Notes: a model not told the origin generated them from the sequence alone. Positions 28,713 to 40,693 are shown, numbered from the stretch's first letter. The stretch: 64,000 nt of DNA from Spirochaetia bacterium (GCA_965199955.1 CBDATQ010000001.1:1056001-1120000), one strand, 5' to 3'. Translations and numbers: made by a program.

Positions 28713-29411
28713 ATGGGACAGAAGGTCAATCCGACCGGGCTGCGCATGGGGATCAACCAGTCATGGCGCAGCAAGTGGTACGTGGACCCGCGCGAATACG
28801 CGGCGACGCTCCACGAGGATCTGTCGTTGCGCAAGACGATCGACACCGCTCCGGAGACGCGCGGCGCGGACATCGCCCAGGTGGAGATCGTCCGCCATCC
28901 TCAGCGCATCGCACTGATCATCCACACCGGCCGCCCCGGCGTCGTGATCGGAGCCAAGGGGCAGAACATCGAGCGGCTGGGTGCCAAGCTGCAGCGCGAG
29001 GTCGGCAAGAAGATCCAGATCAAGATCAAGGAGATCCAGCGGCCCGAGACTAACGCCCAGTTGATCGCGATGAACATCGCGCGCCAGTTGCGAGGGCGGG
29101 CATCGTTCCGGCGGGTCATGAAGATGGCGATCAACAACGCGATGCGCGCCGGCGTACAGGGCATCAAGATCCGGGCCGGCGGACGGTTGAACGGCGCGGA
29201 GATGTCGCGCGTCCAGCAGTACAAGGAGGGGCGCATCCCGTTGCACACGTTTCGCGCCGACATCGAGTACGGATTCTCCGTGGCCATCACCACGGTCGGA
29301 GCGCTGGGCATCAAGGTATGGGTCTTTCACGGCGAGGTGTTTGGCCGCGACAAGAAGGACGACGCGGGGCTGCTCCTGAAGCGGCAGCGCGGCCGTGAGG
29401 AGGCAGCGTAA
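28713..29411 (+). CDS. rpsC: 30S ribosomal protein S3
   Basis: MGQKVNP, GRIPLHTFRADI. Confidence 0.98.
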   Translation: MGQKVNPTGLRMGINQSWRSKWYVDPREYAATLHEDLSLRKTIDTAPETRGADIAQVEIVRHPQRIALIIHTGRPGVVIGAKGQNIERLGAKLQREVGKKIQIKIKEIQRPETNAQLIAMNIARQLRGRASFRRVMKMAINNAMRAGVQGIKIRAGGRLNGAEMSRVQQYKEGRIPLHTFRADIEYGFSVAITTVGALGIKVWVFHGEVFGRDKKDDAGLLLKRQRGREEAA

Positions 29412-29414
29412 CCG

Positions 29415-29846
29415 ATGCTGGCTCCAAAGCGGGAGAAGTTTCGCAAGCGCCAGCGCGGCGGGCCGCTACGGCGCGGCGGCGAGCGCCAGCAGGAATTGGC
29501 GTTCGGGGATTTCGGTCTGATCGCGCTCGAACACAAGTGGATCACCAACCGGCAGATCGAGGCCGCTCGGGTGGCCATGACCCGGCACGTGAAACGGGGT
29601 GGCAAGGTATGGATACGGATCTTTCCCGACATGCCTTACACCATGAAACCTGCCGAAACGCGCATGGGGAAGGGCAAGGGCAACGTGGAGTACCACGTCG
29701 CGCCGGTCAGACGCGGTACGGTCATGTTCGAGCTCGCCGGCGTGGAGACCGATCTGGCGCGGGAAGCGCTCACGCTGGCCGGCAGCAAGCTGCCGATCAA
29801 GACAACGATCTGTGCGCGCGGCAGCGTGTTCGCACCACAGGCATGA
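29415..29846 (+). CDS. rplP: 50S ribosomal protein L16
   Basis: [22 protein letters not shown]. Confidence 0.97.
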   Translation: MLAPKREKFRKRQRGGPLRRGGERQQELAFGDFGLIALEHKWITNRQIEAARVAMTRHVKRGGKVWIRIFPDMPYTMKPAETRMGKGKGNVEYHVAPVRRGTVMFELAGVETDLAREALTLAGSKLPIKTTICARGSVFAPQA

Positions 29847-29856
29847 GGACAGTGGC

Positions 29857-30057
29857 GTGAAGGAACAGTATGGTGGGCTCGTCTACCCGGAGCTGCTGCT
29901 CAAGCATGACGAGCTGGTGTCGGAGTACCGCAAGGCACGGTTCGACGCGGTGGTCGGCCACTTGGACAATCCGGTCAGTGTCCGCGTGCTGCGCCGAAGG
30001 CTGGCTCGCGCCAAGACCATAATCAACGAGTACGAGCTGGGGATTCGACAGCGATGA
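29857..30057 (+). CDS. rpmC: 50S ribosomal protein L29
   Basis: Position in the operon; GHLDNP..RRRLARAKT. Confidence 0.9.
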   Translation: MKEQYGGLVYPELLLKHDELVSEYRKARFDAVVGHLDNPVSVRVLRRRLARAKTIINEYELGIRQR

Positions 30058-30067
30058 ATGGAACGAG

Positions 30068-30325
30068 ATGAGTAGCACGGCACGTCTTCGCGTACTGGCA
30101 GGAACGGTAGTCTCGGATCGCATGGACAAGACGATCGTGGTCCTGGTCAGTTCCCAGAAGCGCCATCCGATGTACGAGAAATACATCCGCAGGTCCAAGC
30201 GCGTGAAAGCGCACGATGCGGACAACGCCTGCCGCATCGGCGACCGCGTCCGGGTCGTGGAGTCGCGGCCGCTGAGTCGCGACAAGCGGTGGCGGCTGCT
30301 GGAGATCTTGGAACGGAGCAGCTGA
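30068..30325 (+). CDS. rpsQ: 30S ribosomal protein S17
   Basis: [20 protein letters not shown]. Confidence 0.97.
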   Translation: MSSTARLRVLAGTVVSDRMDKTIVVLVSSQKRHPMYEKYIRRSKRVKAHDADNACRIGDRVRVVESRPLSRDKRWRLLEILERSS

Positions 30326-30693
30326 TGGTACAGGCGATGAGCTATCTCAACGTCGCGGACAACTCGGGCGCCAAGCGCGTGCAGTGCATCAAGGTGCTCG
30401 GCGGCACGCGCCACGTAAGCGCCGGCGTCGGCGATCGGATCGTGGTGACGGTCAAGACCGCGATACCGTCCGCCACGGTACGCAAGGGCACGGTAGTGCG
30501 GGCGGTGATCGTGAGGACGCGGAAGGAGACGCGCCGAGTCGACGGCTCATACATCCGCTTCGATGACAACGCCTGCGTCCTGATCGACGAGGCTGGCAAT
30601 CCGTCCGGAAAGCGTATCTTCGGTCCGGTTGCGCGGGAGTTGCGCGATCGTGACTACATGAAGATCGTCTCCCTGGCGCCGGAGGTGCTGTAA
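30325..30693 (+). CDS. rplN: 50S ribosomal protein L14
   Basis: [22 protein letters not shown]. Confidence 0.98.
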   Translation: MVQAMSYLNVADNSGAKRVQCIKVLGGTRHVSAGVGDRIVVTVKTAIPSATVRKGTVVRAVIVRTRKETRRVDGSYIRFDDNACVLIDEAGNPSGKRIFGPVARELRDRDYMKIVSLAPEVL

Positions 30694-30694
30694 C

Positions 30695-31045
30695 GTGGCA
30701 CGCAAGCGTGGTGCCGGTCGCGCGCAGGTGCGGGTACGGCTGCGCCGTGATGACCAGGTGGTGGTGATCGCCGGCAGGGAGCGGGGCAAGACCGGCCGCG
30801 TGTTGCGCATCGACATCGATCGGCAGCAGGTGGTCGTCGAGGGGCTCAATCTGGTGAAGAAGGCGATACGACCCACTCAGCAGCGCCAGCAAGGAGGCAT
30901 CTCCGAGATCGAGGCGCCTATCCACCTGTCGAACGTGATGCTGAGCACGCCGGAGGGACGCTCGAGGATCCGGTATGAGACCGGTGGTGCCGGCAGCGGT
31001 GAGGGCACTCGCCGCGTCGCCGCGCGTACGGGGCAGGAGCTGTGA
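30695..31045 (+). CDS. rplX: 50S ribosomal protein L24
   Basis: KOW motif [20 protein letters not shown]. Confidence 0.96.
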   Translation: MARKRGAGRAQVRVRLRRDDQVVVIAGRERGKTGRVLRIDIDRQQVVVEGLNLVKKAIRPTQQRQQGGISEIEAPIHLSNVMLSTPEGRSRIRYETGGAGSGEGTRRVAARTGQEL

Positions 31046-31647
31046 GCAAGAACAAAGCCGGCAATGGAACGGCAAGCGGGAACGGCGGCGCCAGAGGCGG
31101 GAACATGCCGCGTCTGCGCGCCCTGTACCGGGACACGGTTGCGCCAGCGCTGATCGAGGAGTTCAGCTACGACAGCGCCATGCAGGTGCCCAAGCTGACC
31201 AAGATCCTGCTGAGCATGGGCGTCGGCATGGCTCCCAGCAATCGCCAGCTCCTCGACACCGCGGTCAACGAGCTCACGCTGATCGCCGGCCAGCGGGCGG
31301 TGACCACGCGCGCGCGGCGCTCGATCGCGGCGTTCAAGATCCGGGCCGGGATGGAGATCGGCGCGATGGTGACCCTTCGCGGCGATCGCATGCTGGAGTT
31401 CCTCGATCGTTTCGTGAACGTGGCCGTGCCCCGCATCAAGGACTTCCGCGGTCTGTCCCCTAATTCATTCGACGGAAGAGGCAACTACTCGGTGGGCGTC
31501 GATGAACAGATCATCTTTTCCGAGATCGACTACGATCGCATCGACTCGATTCATGGACTCAACATCACCATCGTTACCTCGGCGCATACCGACCGCGAGG
31601 GCCGCAGTCTTCTCGCCGGATTGGGAATGCCGTTCCGCAGCGAGTGA
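31042..31647 (+). CDS. rplE: 50S ribosomal protein L5
   Basis: [17 protein letters not shown]. True start may be a later ATG. Confidence 0.97.
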   Translation: MSKNKAGNGTASGNGGARGGNMPRLRALYRDTVAPALIEEFSYDSAMQVPKLTKILLSMGVGMAPSNRQLLDTAVNELTLIAGQRAVTTRARRSIAAFKIRAGMEIGAMVTLRGDRMLEFLDRFVNVAVPRIKDFRGLSPNSFDGRGNYSVGVDEQIIFSEIDYDRIDSIHGLNITIVTSAHTDREGRSLLAGLGMPFRSE

Positions 31648-31742
31648 CGGACTGCGCGGCGGTGAAGAGGATCACGATGGTACGGACCGCGACCGGCGAG
31701 CAGGACGGAGTCCGGGCCCGCGCATGGACGATGGAGGTATAG

Positions 31743-31928
31743 GTGGCACGCAAGGCACTGATCGTGCGCGGGCAGCGCAAACCCAAGTTCTCGACACGCA
31801 AGGTCAACCGGTGCCGCTGCTGCGGGCGACCACGGGGCTATCTGCGTCGTTTCGAGATGTGTAGGATCTGCTTCAGAGATCTCGCGAGCCGGGGACTGAT
31901 ACCCGGCGTGACGAAGTCGAGCTGGTAG
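31743..31928 (+). CDS. rpsN: 30S ribosomal protein S14 (zinc-binding type Z)
   Basis: 61 aa; RCRCCGRPR...CRICFR. Confidence 0.97.
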   Translation: MARKALIVRGQRKPKFSTRKVNRCRCCGRPRGYLRRFEMCRICFRDLASRGLIPGVTKSSW

Positions 31929-31932
31929 CCCC

Positions 31933-32331
31933 ATGGGTGTGACCGATCCGGTAGCGGACATGCTGGCCAAGATCCGCAACGCGGGCATGGCCGGCCACGA
32001 GAGCGTGGATATCGTGCCCTCGAAGTTCAAGTTGGAGATCGTCAAGACGTTGAAGACCGAGGGCTACGTGCGCAACTTCAAGCGCGCCGGCCAGGACGGT
32101 CAGGGACCGGTGCGCGTGTTCCTCAAGTACGACGACCAGCGCAGACCGGTCATCCGCGGAATGCAGCGGATCTCGAAACCGGGGCGCCGGGTGTATCGGA
32201 GCTATCGCACCATGCCTCGTATCCTGAACGGGTATGGGACACTGATCGTCTCCACCTCGTCGGGTGTGATCACCGGCCGCAAGGCCGCTCAGCAACAGGT
32301 CGGCGGCGAGCTGATCTGCAGCGTGTGGTAG
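31933..32331 (+). CDS. rpsH: 30S ribosomal protein S8
   Basis: [22 protein letters not shown]. Confidence 0.97.
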   Translation: MGVTDPVADMLAKIRNAGMAGHESVDIVPSKFKLEIVKTLKTEGYVRNFKRAGQDGQGPVRVFLKYDDQRRPVIRGMQRISKPGRRVYRSYRTMPRILNGYGTLIVSTSSGVITGRKAAQQQVGGELICSVW

Positions 32332-32335
32332 CCGG

Positions 32336-32884
32336 ATGTCACGCATAGGAGTGCTGCCGATTCCGGTGCCGACGGGAGTCGAAGTGGCGGTGCATGACAG
32401 CCAGGTGGACGTTGCCGGTCCCAAGGGCACGCTCAGCACGTCGTTGCCCGATGTCTTGCGGGTCGATGTCGCGGACGGAACGGTCGCCGTCAGCCGAGCC
32501 GACGATGAACGGTCCTCGCGGGCGGTGCATGGTCTGACCCGCAACCTGATCGCCAACATGGTGACCGGGGTGTCGACCGGGTTCACGCGGGAGCTTCTCA
32601 TCAACGGGGTGGGGTACCGTGCGGAGGTTCAGGGGACTACGCTGGTCGTCGACGCCCGCTACGCGCGGCCGGTCCAGTTGCAGGTTCCGGCCGACCTCGC
32701 CGTTCAGGTGGAGGGCGGCAATCGTATCCAGATCTCCGGCGTCGACAAACAGCGTGTCGGCCAGTTCGCCGCGGATGTCCGGTCGGTACGGCCGCCGGAA
32801 CCATACAAGGGCAAGGGCATCCGCTACGCGGACGAGCACGTGCGCCGCAAGGTAGGAAAGTCGGCCGTGGGAGGTGCCGGCTGA
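32336..32884 (+). CDS. rplF: 50S ribosomal protein L6
   Basis: MSRIG, RPPEPYKGKGIRY. Confidence 0.98.
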   Translation: MSRIGVLPIPVPTGVEVAVHDSQVDVAGPKGTLSTSLPDVLRVDVADGTVAVSRADDERSSRAVHGLTRNLIANMVTGVSTGFTRELLINGVGYRAEVQGTTLVVDARYARPVQLQVPADLAVQVEGGNRIQISGVDKQRVGQFAADVRSVRPPEPYKGKGIRYADEHVRRKVGKSAVGGAG

Positions 32885-33237
32885 TGGGTGCGCCGGCTAA
32901 GGTGGTGCGTCGTCTTCGGCGCAAGCGGAGCATCCGTGGTAAGGTGCGCGGCACCGCCATGCGGCCGCGGATGACGGTTTTCAAGAGCAACCGGTACACC
33001 TACGTTCAGGTGATCGACGACGACGCGGAGCGTACCGTAGTGGCGGTTTCGAATCGGGAAGCGGCGGTCGACGTGCCCAACCGGGTGTCCGACCTCGGCC
33101 GGCTCGGTGAGCTCGCGGGCGAACGATTGCGCGCGAGCGGGATACGGAGTGTGGTGTTCGATCGCAACGGCTATCCCTATCACGGCAAGATCAAGGCGAT
33201 CGCGGACGGCGCACGCAAGTCCGGCATCGCACTGTAG
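32884..33237 (+). CDS. rplR: 50S ribosomal protein L18
   Basis: [18 protein letters not shown]. Confidence 0.97.
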   Translation: MGAPAKVVRRLRRKRSIRGKVRGTAMRPRMTVFKSNRYTYVQVIDDDAERTVVAVSNREAAVDVPNRVSDLGRLGELAGERLRASGIRSVVFDRNGYPYHGKIKAIADGARKSGIAL

Positions 33238-33253
33238 GATTTCGAGGGGTAAC

Positions 33254-33763
33254 GTGGGCGACAGAGACCGGGAACGCGGCGACCGGGGTGAGGGATTCGA
33301 GAAACTCGTTCGCCTCAACCGAATTGCCAAGGTAGTAAAGGGAGGCCGCAGATTCTCGTTCTCTGCGGTGATGGTGGTCGGTGACCGCAACGGCCATGTC
33401 GGCGTCGGGTTCGGCAAGGCTGCCTACGTGGCCGACGCCATTCGCAAGGGTTCGGAACGGGCGCGGCGCAACATGGTGAGAGTTCCGATGCGGGGCGGCA
33501 CCCTGCCGCACCAGGTCAACGGTGTGTTCAAGGGGGCGAAGGTGCTGCTGAAACCCGCGGCTCCGGGAACCGGCGTGATTGCCGGCGGTCCGGTGAGGGC
33601 GGTGCTCGAGGCGGCCGGCGTGCGTGATGCGCTCAGCAAGTCGCTGGGCTCGCAGAACTCGATGAACCTGGTGAAGGCCGTGTTTCAGGGCTTGGGTCAG
33701 ATCATGGAAGCCTCGGAAGTTGCCGCCCGCCGTGGCAAGACCGTACCGGAGCTGTGGCGATAG
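33254..33763 (+). CDS. rpsE: 30S ribosomal protein S5
   Basis: [23 protein letters not shown] after GAGGGG. Confidence 0.97.
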   Translation: MGDRDRERGDRGEGFEKLVRLNRIAKVVKGGRRFSFSAVMVVGDRNGHVGVGFGKAAYVADAIRKGSERARRNMVRVPMRGGTLPHQVNGVFKGAKVLLKPAAPGTGVIAGGPVRAVLEAAGVRDALSKSLGSQNSMNLVKAVFQGLGQIMEASEVAARRGKTVPELWR

Positions 33764-33987
33764 TGGCTGCCATCGGCACTGAAGGCCCCCTGCGGCTCAC
33801 CGACGGCGCGCGCGTGCGCGTGACGCTCGCCCGGAGCGTTATCGGGCGCAGCCCCAGGCATCGGGCCACGGTTGAGGCGCTCGGGTTGCGCGGCATCGGA
33901 TCGTCCGCCGAGCACACCGCCTCCGCGCCGATCATCGGCATGATCCGCAAGGTACGCTACCTTCTTGCGATCGAGGAGATCTCATGA
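33754..33987 (+). CDS. rpmD: 50S ribosomal protein L30
   Basis: [20 protein letters not shown]; start uncertain. Confidence 0.9.
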   Translation: MAIVAAIGTEGPLRLTDGARVRVTLARSVIGRSPRHRATVEALGLRGIGSSAEHTASAPIIGMIRKVRYLLAIEEIS

Positions 33988-34517
33988 GCGAACCTGACAG
34001 CACCGTGGATGCGCCGCGGGTGCGCCGGCCGGCCGGCGCCGTACGCAAGCGACGCGTCGTCGGCCGCGGCTCGGCGAGCGGGCATGGCGGCACCTCGGGA
34101 CGTGGAACGAAAGGACAGCGGGCCCGCGCCGGGAGCGGCGTTCGCCCCACCTTCGAGGGCGGGCAGATGCCGCTGTACCGGCGTATCGCACGCCGCGGCT
34201 TCAGCAATCACCCGTTCCGGAACGTCCACGATGTACTGGATGTCCGCGATCTCAACCGCTTTGCGGACGGGGCCACCGTCGACCGGCAGGCGCTCCTGAA
34301 AGCCGGCATGATCCGGTCGACAGGGGTGCCGGTCAAACTGTTGGGCTCGGGAAATCTCGAACGTGCGCTCACCGTACGCATCGATCGCGCGTCCTCCGGC
34401 GCTTGCCGGAAGGTGACGGCCGCCGGTGGCACGATCCATCTGACCGATGCCGCCGCCGATGCTTCGCCCGATGACGCTCCGGCGTCGGATGGAACCGCGG
34501 GCGACGAGTCGGGCTGA
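33984..34517 (+). CDS. rplO: 50S ribosomal protein L15
   Basis: GRGTKGQ, FEGGQMPLYRR. Confidence 0.97.
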   Translation: MSEPDSTVDAPRVRRPAGAVRKRRVVGRGSASGHGGTSGRGTKGQRARAGSGVRPTFEGGQMPLYRRIARRGFSNHPFRNVHDVLDVRDLNRFADGATVDRQALLKAGMIRSTGVPVKLLGSGNLERALTVRIDRASSGACRKVTAAGGTIHLTDAAADASPDDAPASDGTAGDESG

Positions 34518-35833
34518 TGGCTAATCCGCTGCTCGACATCTTTCGGATCCGCGACCTGCGGGAACGGATCCTGTTCACGGTCATGATCCTGGTGATATTC
34601 CGGATCGGCGCGTTCCTGCCGATCCCCGGGATCGATGTCAGCACCGTCAAGAACTTCTACGCCGCGCAGCAGTCGGGCGGCATCGGCATCACGGACTACT
34701 TCGACTTCTTCTCGGGCGGCGCATTCACGAACTTCTCCGTCTTCATGTTGGGAATCGTGCCGTACATCACCACGTCGATCATGATGCAGCTCCTGGTCCT
34801 GGTGTTCCCGAAGCTGAAGAAGATCTCCCAGGAGGATGGCGGCAAGAAGCGCATCCAGCGGTACACCCGGATCGCCACGGTCGGCGTTTGTCTCATTCAG
34901 TCCTTGACCGTCACGACCTTCGCCGGCCAGATCCCTGGTGCGATCATCATGGATCGCATCCCGTTCACGGTCCTGGCTACCGTCACCGTGACCGCCGGCA
35001 CGATCTTCCTGATGTGGCTGGGGGAGCAGATCACGCAGCGTGGCATCGGCAACGGCATATCGCTGCTGATCTTCGCCGGAATCGTCGCCCGCATTCCCGA
35101 CGCGATCTACCTCATGATCAACCAGGTGCAGCGTGGCGACCTGAATCCGGTCTTCTTCGTCCTCGTGCTCGGCGCGTTCGTCGGCGTGATCTCGCTGGTC
35201 ATCTACGAACAGCAGGGACAGCGAAGGATCCCGGTCAACTACGCCAAGCGGGTGATCGGCCGCAAGGTATATGGCGCGCAGAACGCCTATCTCCCGTTCA
35301 AGATCAACCCCTCGGGGGTCATCCCGGTGATCTTCGCTTCTTCGGTCCTGATCTTCCCGCTGCAGATCGCGCAGAACTTGGGCGGCGGCGTGCCGTGGCT
35401 CTCGCGCTTCGCGGCATGGCTGACGCCGAACGGCGTGCCGTACATGCTGTTCTACGCGCTGTTGATCGTGTTCTTCGCCTACTTCTATACGCAGGTCACG
35501 CTGAACCCGGTCGAGATCAGCAAGCAGATCCGCGAGAACGGCGGCTCGATCCGCGGCATCAGCTCCGACAACATGACGGAGTACCTGACGCGGATTCTGA
35601 ACCGGATCATCTTGCCGGGAGCGCTGTTCCTGGCGGTCATCGCCATCATTCCGTCCATCATCCAGGCGTTGTTCCGGTTTCCATCCAGCGTCGCCTTCCT
35701 GATGGGCGGCACGTCGCTGTTGATCATGGTCGGCGTCGACCTGGATACGATGAGTCAGATCGAAGGGCATCTGAAGATGCACCATCACGACGGGATCGTT
35801 CGCAAGGGCCGCGTACGGGCCCGCAATCTGTAG
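34517..35833 (+). CDS. secY: Preprotein translocase subunit SecY
   Basis: [31 protein letters not shown]. Confidence 0.98.
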   Translation: MANPLLDIFRIRDLRERILFTVMILVIFRIGAFLPIPGIDVSTVKNFYAAQQSGGIGITDYFDFFSGGAFTNFSVFMLGIVPYITTSIMMQLLVLVFPKLKKISQEDGGKKRIQRYTRIATVGVCLIQSLTVTTFAGQIPGAIIMDRIPFTVLATVTVTAGTIFLMWLGEQITQRGIGNGISLLIFAGIVARIPDAIYLMINQVQRGDLNPVFFVLVLGAFVGVISLVIYEQQGQRRIPVNYAKRVIGRKVYGAQNAYLPFKINPSGVIPVIFASSVLIFPLQIAQNLGGGVPWLSRFAAWLTPNGVPYMLFYALLIVFFAYFYTQVTLNPVEISKQIRENGGSIRGISSDNMTEYLTRILNRIILPGALFLAVIAIIPSIIQALFRFPSSVAFLMGGTSLLIMVGVDLDTMSQIEGHLKMHHHDGIVRKGRVRARNL

Positions 35834-35841
35834 AGGTCATC

Positions 35842-35955
35842 ATGAAGGTCAGGGCCAGCGTGAAGAAGATGTGTGCGAAGTGTAAGGTCATCAGGCGTCG
35901 CGGCGTCGTCCGCGTCATTTGCGACAACCCGAAACACAAACAGCGACAGGGGTAA
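35842..35955 (+). CDS. rpmJ: 50S ribosomal protein L36
   Basis: [14 protein letters not shown]...NPKHKQRQG. Confidence 0.97.
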   Translation: MKVRASVKKMCAKCKVIRRRGVVRVICDNPKHKQRQG

Positions 35956-35959
35956 CGAC

Positions 35960-36340
35960 ATGGCGAGGATCGCGGGGATCGACCTGCCGAACAAGCACGT
36001 GAGCGTAGGCCTGACCTACATCTTTGGAATCGGAGCGCCTTCGGCGGCTGCGATCTGTGACAAGACCGGGATCGCCCGGGACCGGATGCTGAACGACCTG
36101 GCACCGGAAGAGGTCAACGAGTTGCGGCGCGTGATCGAGAGCGACTACGTGGTCGAAGGATCGCTGCGTACCGAGGCGTCGCTCAACATCAAGCGGCTGA
36201 TGGACATCGGCTGTTATCGGGGCATACGCCACCGGCGCGGACTGCCGGTACGCGGACAGCGTACGCGAACCAACGCGCGCGCGCGCAAGGGCAGCAAGAA
36301 GACGGTCGCGGGCAAGAAGAAAGCGCCCACCGCCAAGTGA
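35960..36340 (+). CDS. rpsM: 30S ribosomal protein S13
   Basis: [20 protein letters not shown]. Confidence 0.98.
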   Translation: MARIAGIDLPNKHVSVGLTYIFGIGAPSAAAICDKTGIARDRMLNDLAPEEVNELRRVIESDYVVEGSLRTEASLNIKRLMDIGCYRGIRHRRGLPVRGQRTRTNARARKGSKKTVAGKKKAPTAK

Positions 36341-36395
36341 CGACAGGGCTGATTCGACGGACAAGACTGGTAAAGGACGGTTGCGAGTAACGTAG

Positions 36396-36773
36396 ATGGC
36401 AAAATCGAAAGGCAAACGGGACCGGGCGGTCAGCGAGGGGAACGTCTATATCCAGGCGACCTTCAACAACACGATCGTGACAATCACCGACCTTATGGGA
36501 AACGCGGTGTCGTGGGCTTCGGCGGGATCTCTCGGGTTCCGCGGGGCGAAGAAGTCCACTCCGTTCGCGGCGCAGACGACCGCTGAGACCGCCGCGCGGA
36601 AGGCGATGGACTACGGCCTGATGGAGGTCAACGTGTTCGTCAAGGGTCCCGGTGGGGGCGGCGAATCGGCTGTTCGGTCGCTCGGGGCGCTCGGCCTCCG
36701 CGTGCGCACGATCCAGAACGTCACGCCGATTCCACACAACGGCTGCCGGCCGCAGAAGAAGCGGAGGGTGTAG
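36396..36773 (+). CDS. rpsK: 30S ribosomal protein S11
   Basis: [15 protein letters not shown]. Confidence 0.98.
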   Translation: MAKSKGKRDRAVSEGNVYIQATFNNTIVTITDLMGNAVSWASAGSLGFRGAKKSTPFAAQTTAETAARKAMDYGLMEVNVFVKGPGGGGESAVRSLGALGLRVRTIQNVTPIPHNGCRPQKKRRV

Positions 36774-36775
36774 CG

Positions 36776-37411
36776 ATGGCTCGCTACATCGGCCCTGCCT
36801 GCCGGCTTTGCCGGGCGGAAGGGGTAAAGCTGTTTCTCAAGGGGGCGCGCTGTCATTCGGACAAGTGTCAGATCACCAGGCGGCGTGGCAAGCCGGGCAA
36901 GGCCCCGCGGGCCCGTATGCAGAAACTGTCGGACTACGGCATGCAGCTTCGCGAGAAGCAGCGCGTGAAGCGCATGTACGGAATGCTGGAACGACAGTTC
37001 CGCATCTTCTTTGATCGCGCCAACCGGCAGCGCGGCGTTACTGCGGAGAACCTGGTGCGCATGTTGGAGCAGCGGCTCGACAACGTGGTATACCGCATGC
37101 ATTTCGCCAGTTCGCGCAAGCAGGCACGGCAGCTCGTCTCGCACGGTCACGTCATGGTCAACGACCGGCGGGTGACCATCCCGAGCTATCTGGTACAGAA
37201 GGACGACGTGCTGGAGTTGCAGGAGCGGGGCAAGATGATGACGGCGGTCAAGGACAGTCTGAAGGAGTATTCCCGCTCCGGAACGCTGCCATGGCTGGAG
37301 GTCGATCCGGATGCGGTCCGTGGTCGGGTCCTGGCTCTGCCACGGCGGGCAGACGTCCCGGATCTCGAAGGCGTCAACGAGCAGCTGATCGTCGAGCTGT
37401 ATTCCAAGTGA
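36776..37411 (+). CDS. rpsD: 30S ribosomal protein S4
   Basis: CRLCR zinc motif, [18 protein letters not shown]. Confidence 0.98.
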   Translation: MARYIGPACRLCRAEGVKLFLKGARCHSDKCQITRRRGKPGKAPRARMQKLSDYGMQLREKQRVKRMYGMLERQFRIFFDRANRQRGVTAENLVRMLEQRLDNVVYRMHFASSRKQARQLVSHGHVMVNDRRVTIPSYLVQKDDVLELQERGKMMTAVKDSLKEYSRSGTLPWLEVDPDAVRGRVLALPRRADVPDLEGVNEQLIVELYSK

Positions 37412-37418
37412 GGGGCTG

Positions 37419-38570
37419 ATGGCGAGAAAAAACCTCTTGACGGGGCTCAATCGGCCGACCGGCATGGTCTTCGAGCACACCGACGTGGATGCCTCCTACG
37501 GGAAGTTCATCGCGTATCCGTTCGAGCGTGGCTATGGCGCGACCATCGGCAACAGCCTGCGGCGCATTCTGCTCTCGGGAATCCAGGGGTATGCGATCAC
37601 GGCCGTGCGCATCGCCAGCCGCGAGGAGGACGGATCATCGCACACGGTTTCCAGTGAATTCGAGCCCATTCCTCATGTCGTTGAAGACACGCCGGATATC
37701 ATCAACGCCCTTAAGCAGATCAGACTGGCTCTGGACGAAGGGGTGGAGGAGCGGACGGTGTACGTGGAAGTGTCCGGCCCCAAGACCCTGGTCGCCGGCG
37801 ATCTGGCGGTGGACACGGGCATAGTGGTGACCACGCCGGAGCTGGCGATCGCCACCCTCATGGAAGACGCGAATCTCGAGTTCGAGGTGCAGATCGAGTT
37901 CTCGCGTGGTTATCTGCCGACGGAGAACAGCGAACGCTTCATCGATGTTGTCGGCACGATTCCGATCGACGCTCTGTTCTCGCCGATCACGCGCGTGAAG
38001 TACGCGGTGGAGAACACCAGGGTCGGCCAGCGGACCGACTACGACAAGCTGGTGCTGGAGGTGTGGACGGACGGCACGCTCAAGCCTGAGGACGCGGTCG
38101 CGGAGGCGGCCAAGATCGCCAAGGACCACTACACGATATTCATCAACTTCGAGGAAGACGAGGTCGGCGACCACGAGGAGCTTGATCTCGAGGACGAACG
38201 GCTGCGCCGCTTGCTCGATACCCCGGTCGAGGAACTGGAGCTGTCGGTACGGTCCAGCAACTGCCTGCGGAACGAGAACATCCGCACCATCGGCGACCTG
38301 ACGCGCAGAACCGAGGAAGAGATCGCCAAGACGCGCAATTTCGGACGGAAGTCCCTCGACGAGATCAAGAAGCGGCTGGAAGAGCGTGGGTTGCAGCTTG
38401 GCATGAGCGACTACAGCGCGGTGCGGCAGCAGCTTGCCAGCGCCGAATCGGTCGCTCCCGCGACGGGTGAGGGGGGCGATGAAGCAGTGGTCGGCAACAC
38501 GGAGGCAACGGTGGGGACCGAGGCCGCGGCGGGCGCTGAGGTTGCGGCGCTTGACGAGACCGACGAGTGA
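37419..38570 (+). CDS. rpoA: RNA polymerase alpha subunit
   Basis: [33 protein letters not shown]; acidic low-complexity tail. Confidence 0.98.
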   Translation: MARKNLLTGLNRPTGMVFEHTDVDASYGKFIAYPFERGYGATIGNSLRRILLSGIQGYAITAVRIASREEDGSSHTVSSEFEPIPHVVEDTPDIINALKQIRLALDEGVEERTVYVEVSGPKTLVAGDLAVDTGIVVTTPELAIATLMEDANLEFEVQIEFSRGYLPTENSERFIDVVGTIPIDALFSPITRVKYAVENTRVGQRTDYDKLVLEVWTDGTLKPEDAVAEAAKIAKDHYTIFINFEEDEVGDHEELDLEDERLRRLLDTPVEELELSVRSSNCLRNENIRTIGDLTRRTEEEIAKTRNFGRKSLDEIKKRLEERGLQLGMSDYSAVRQQLASAESVAPATGEGGDEAVVGNTEATVGTEAAAGAEVAALDETDE

Positions 38571-38612
38571 GCATCATGTACGGAAACCGGTGCATACTGG
38601 GGGTGGAGTGAA

Positions 38613-38993
38613 GTGAGACACCGCGTCGGCTACAATCCGCTCGGCCGCACGCCGAGCCACCGCAAGGCGCTCCATTCCAACATGGTGGCGGCGCTGTTCC
38701 GGCACGAACGCATCCGCACCACCCGTGCCAAGGCGCTTGCCGTGCGTCGCAGCGCGGAGAAGATGATTACGCGCGCCAAACACGACAGTGTGCACAGCCG
38801 GAGAATTATCGCGCGGCGCCTGCATGATCCGGCGGTGCTGGCCAAGCTGTTCGATGTCCTGGGACCTCGCTTTCAGAGCCGTCCCGGCGGATATACGCGT
38901 GTGCTGAAGCTCGGTCCGCGATACGGCGACGCCAGCGAGATGGTGATCTTGGAGTTGCTCGACCGCCCGGTCGATACGGAAGAAGCTCCCTGA
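38613..38993 (+). CDS. rplQ: 50S ribosomal protein L17
   Basis: MRHR, RPGGYTR, RYGDAS. Confidence 0.97.
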   Translation: MRHRVGYNPLGRTPSHRKALHSNMVAALFRHERIRTTRAKALAVRRSAEKMITRAKHDSVHSRRIIARRLHDPAVLAKLFDVLGPRFQSRPGGYTRVLKLGPRYGDASEMVILELLDRPVDTEEAP

Positions 38994-39081
38994 GCAGTCA
39001 CCCCGGCGCCGCGTAGGCGGCCGATCGGACGAGTACGCGGCGGGCGCGGATGAAGCGCATGCGAGGCCGCATCGCTCGGGG

Positions 39082-39708
39082 TTGCCTGCACTGAGAGTTA
39101 CCGCGGCCCGCTGGCTTGACGGCAATCTGTCGGCCTCAACGCGGTTGTTGGCGGGCCTGCTGCTGGCCGCTGGACTGGTGGCGCAGGACGACCTGATGCT
39201 GCGTGGAGCCCAGGCGCTGATCTTCGCCGCGCTGGCATGGCTGATGCAACCGCGCCTGCGGCTGCGGCGCACCATGTTGTTCCTCGGCGTGACGGTCGCG
39301 TTCAATCTGCTCACCCCGGCCGGTCGCGTCCTGCTGCGGATCGGCGGCGTCGCGGTCACGGAGGGGGCTCTGACCGTCGGCGCGGGCAAGGCTGCAAGCC
39401 TGGGCGGATTGATGTTTCTCTCGCGGCTCATGGTCGATTCGCGCCTGCGGCTACCCGGAGCGGCGGGGGCACTACTCGCCTCGAGCCTCGCGTTCCTTGC
39501 GCGTCTCATGGACGGCCGTGTGCGTTTCGACCTGCGCCATCCTGCCCGGAGCCTCGACCGGGCATTGCTCTCCGCTCGGGACGCCGCGCCCGAAGCGCCA
39601 CCGGCCGGAGGCGGTTCCGGCACGACGACGCTGCTGGGCGGGACGTGCGTGGCCGTAGTGCTTGCGCTCGCAGGCGGAGCGCTCGTCTGGAGCCGCCTCC
39701 GCGGCTGA
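39082..39708 (+). CDS. Hypothetical integral membrane protein (weak resemblance to ECF transporter T components)
   Basis: Several hydrophobic segments, FNLLTPAGRVL...TEGAL; TTG start uncertain. Confidence 0.55.
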   Translation: MPALRVTAARWLDGNLSASTRLLAGLLLAAGLVAQDDLMLRGAQALIFAALAWLMQPRLRLRRTMLFLGVTVAFNLLTPAGRVLLRIGGVAVTEGALTVGAGKAASLGGLMFLSRLMVDSRLRLPGAAGALLASSLAFLARLMDGRVRFDLRHPARSLDRALLSARDAAPEAPPAGGGSGTTTLLGGTCVAVVLALAGGALVWSRLRG

Positions 39709-39799
39709 TCCGTGACGGTGTTCGTCTTCTGCGGTACACTAAGCGCGAGGCGAGCGGAGCGGTGCCGGGAGCGCGAGCGGCGGAGGGACGCCGGACGTC

Positions 39800-40693
39800 G
39801 TGAGGCTGGAGCAACTGCCGGTTGTGGGTCGCCCGCGCAAGCCGGTAAAGCCCCCGCCGGTGACCTCCACGGCTCGGGACGAGTACTTGGAGGACTTACC
39901 GCCTGCACGGGAAGCCGAGGAGCCGTTGCGGGCGAACCATCGCGCGGCGGCAGCGGGGAACCGGCCGTCCGCCCACATCAGCGTCCATCCGATGCGGGAG
40001 CTGCTTGATCTGGCGGCTCCGGGCAGGCCGGCGGTCGCGGTCGAGGACGGGATCTACCGCGTTCAGCCGCACGCCTACGGCGGGGTCCCGGGGCGCGATC
40101 CGGGTTTGCGCCGGCTGGCGGCTGCGGTAACCGGCGGCGCGGCGGACGCAGGTGGTCCGGCCAGTGGTGAGGTGGACGTGGGAAGCGAGGACGGCGACGC
40201 GCTGCAGGTGACCGGGTACGGCATCGAGATGGACGCGTTCCTGGCAGACGCGCGCGGCGACGAGCAGCCCGGGACCCGCGGTGGTCCGTTGGATCGCCTG
40301 GCTCGCCGCGTGGACGCCGTCGGCGCGGCTTTCCTGGTTCGCGGTCGGCACGGGGGATACCGGTCGCGGCAGGTCGCCGGCATCCTGGACCGGGCGGGCG
40401 GGCGGCTCGCGTTCGCGGATGAGGATCCTGTGGCCGCCCGTTACCTCACCCGTCGCGTGGCGCTCATCGTGGAGGATCCGCTGCAAGCGATCCCCGGACT
40501 GGGCCGCCGCTTCGCCGCGTCGGCGCGCGACCGGATCGGTTGCCTGTCATTCCTTCCCGCACGGACGGGCGGGCGGGCCGCCTACCTCATGCTTGCCGGT
40601 GCCCAGGGTGCGGGCGCATGGAACGTACAGGTCCTCGTGCGACGGTTGCGGCTGGTGAGGGATGCCGGGCAGGGCGGCCCGGCTCCTCCTTGA
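39800..40693 (+). CDS. Hypothetical protein
   Basis: 297-aa ORF filling the gap on the operon strand; no recognised motif. Confidence 0.5.
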   Translation: MRLEQLPVVGRPRKPVKPPPVTSTARDEYLEDLPPAREAEEPLRANHRAAAAGNRPSAHISVHPMRELLDLAAPGRPAVAVEDGIYRVQPHAYGGVPGRDPGLRRLAAAVTGGAADAGGPASGEVDVGSEDGDALQVTGYGIEMDAFLADARGDEQPGTRGGPLDRLARRVDAVGAAFLVRGRHGGYRSRQVAGILDRAGGRLAFADEDPVAARYLTRRVALIVEDPLQAIPGLGRRFAASARDRIGCLSFLPARTGGRAAYLMLAGAQGAGAWNVQVLVRRLRLVRDAGQGGPAPP

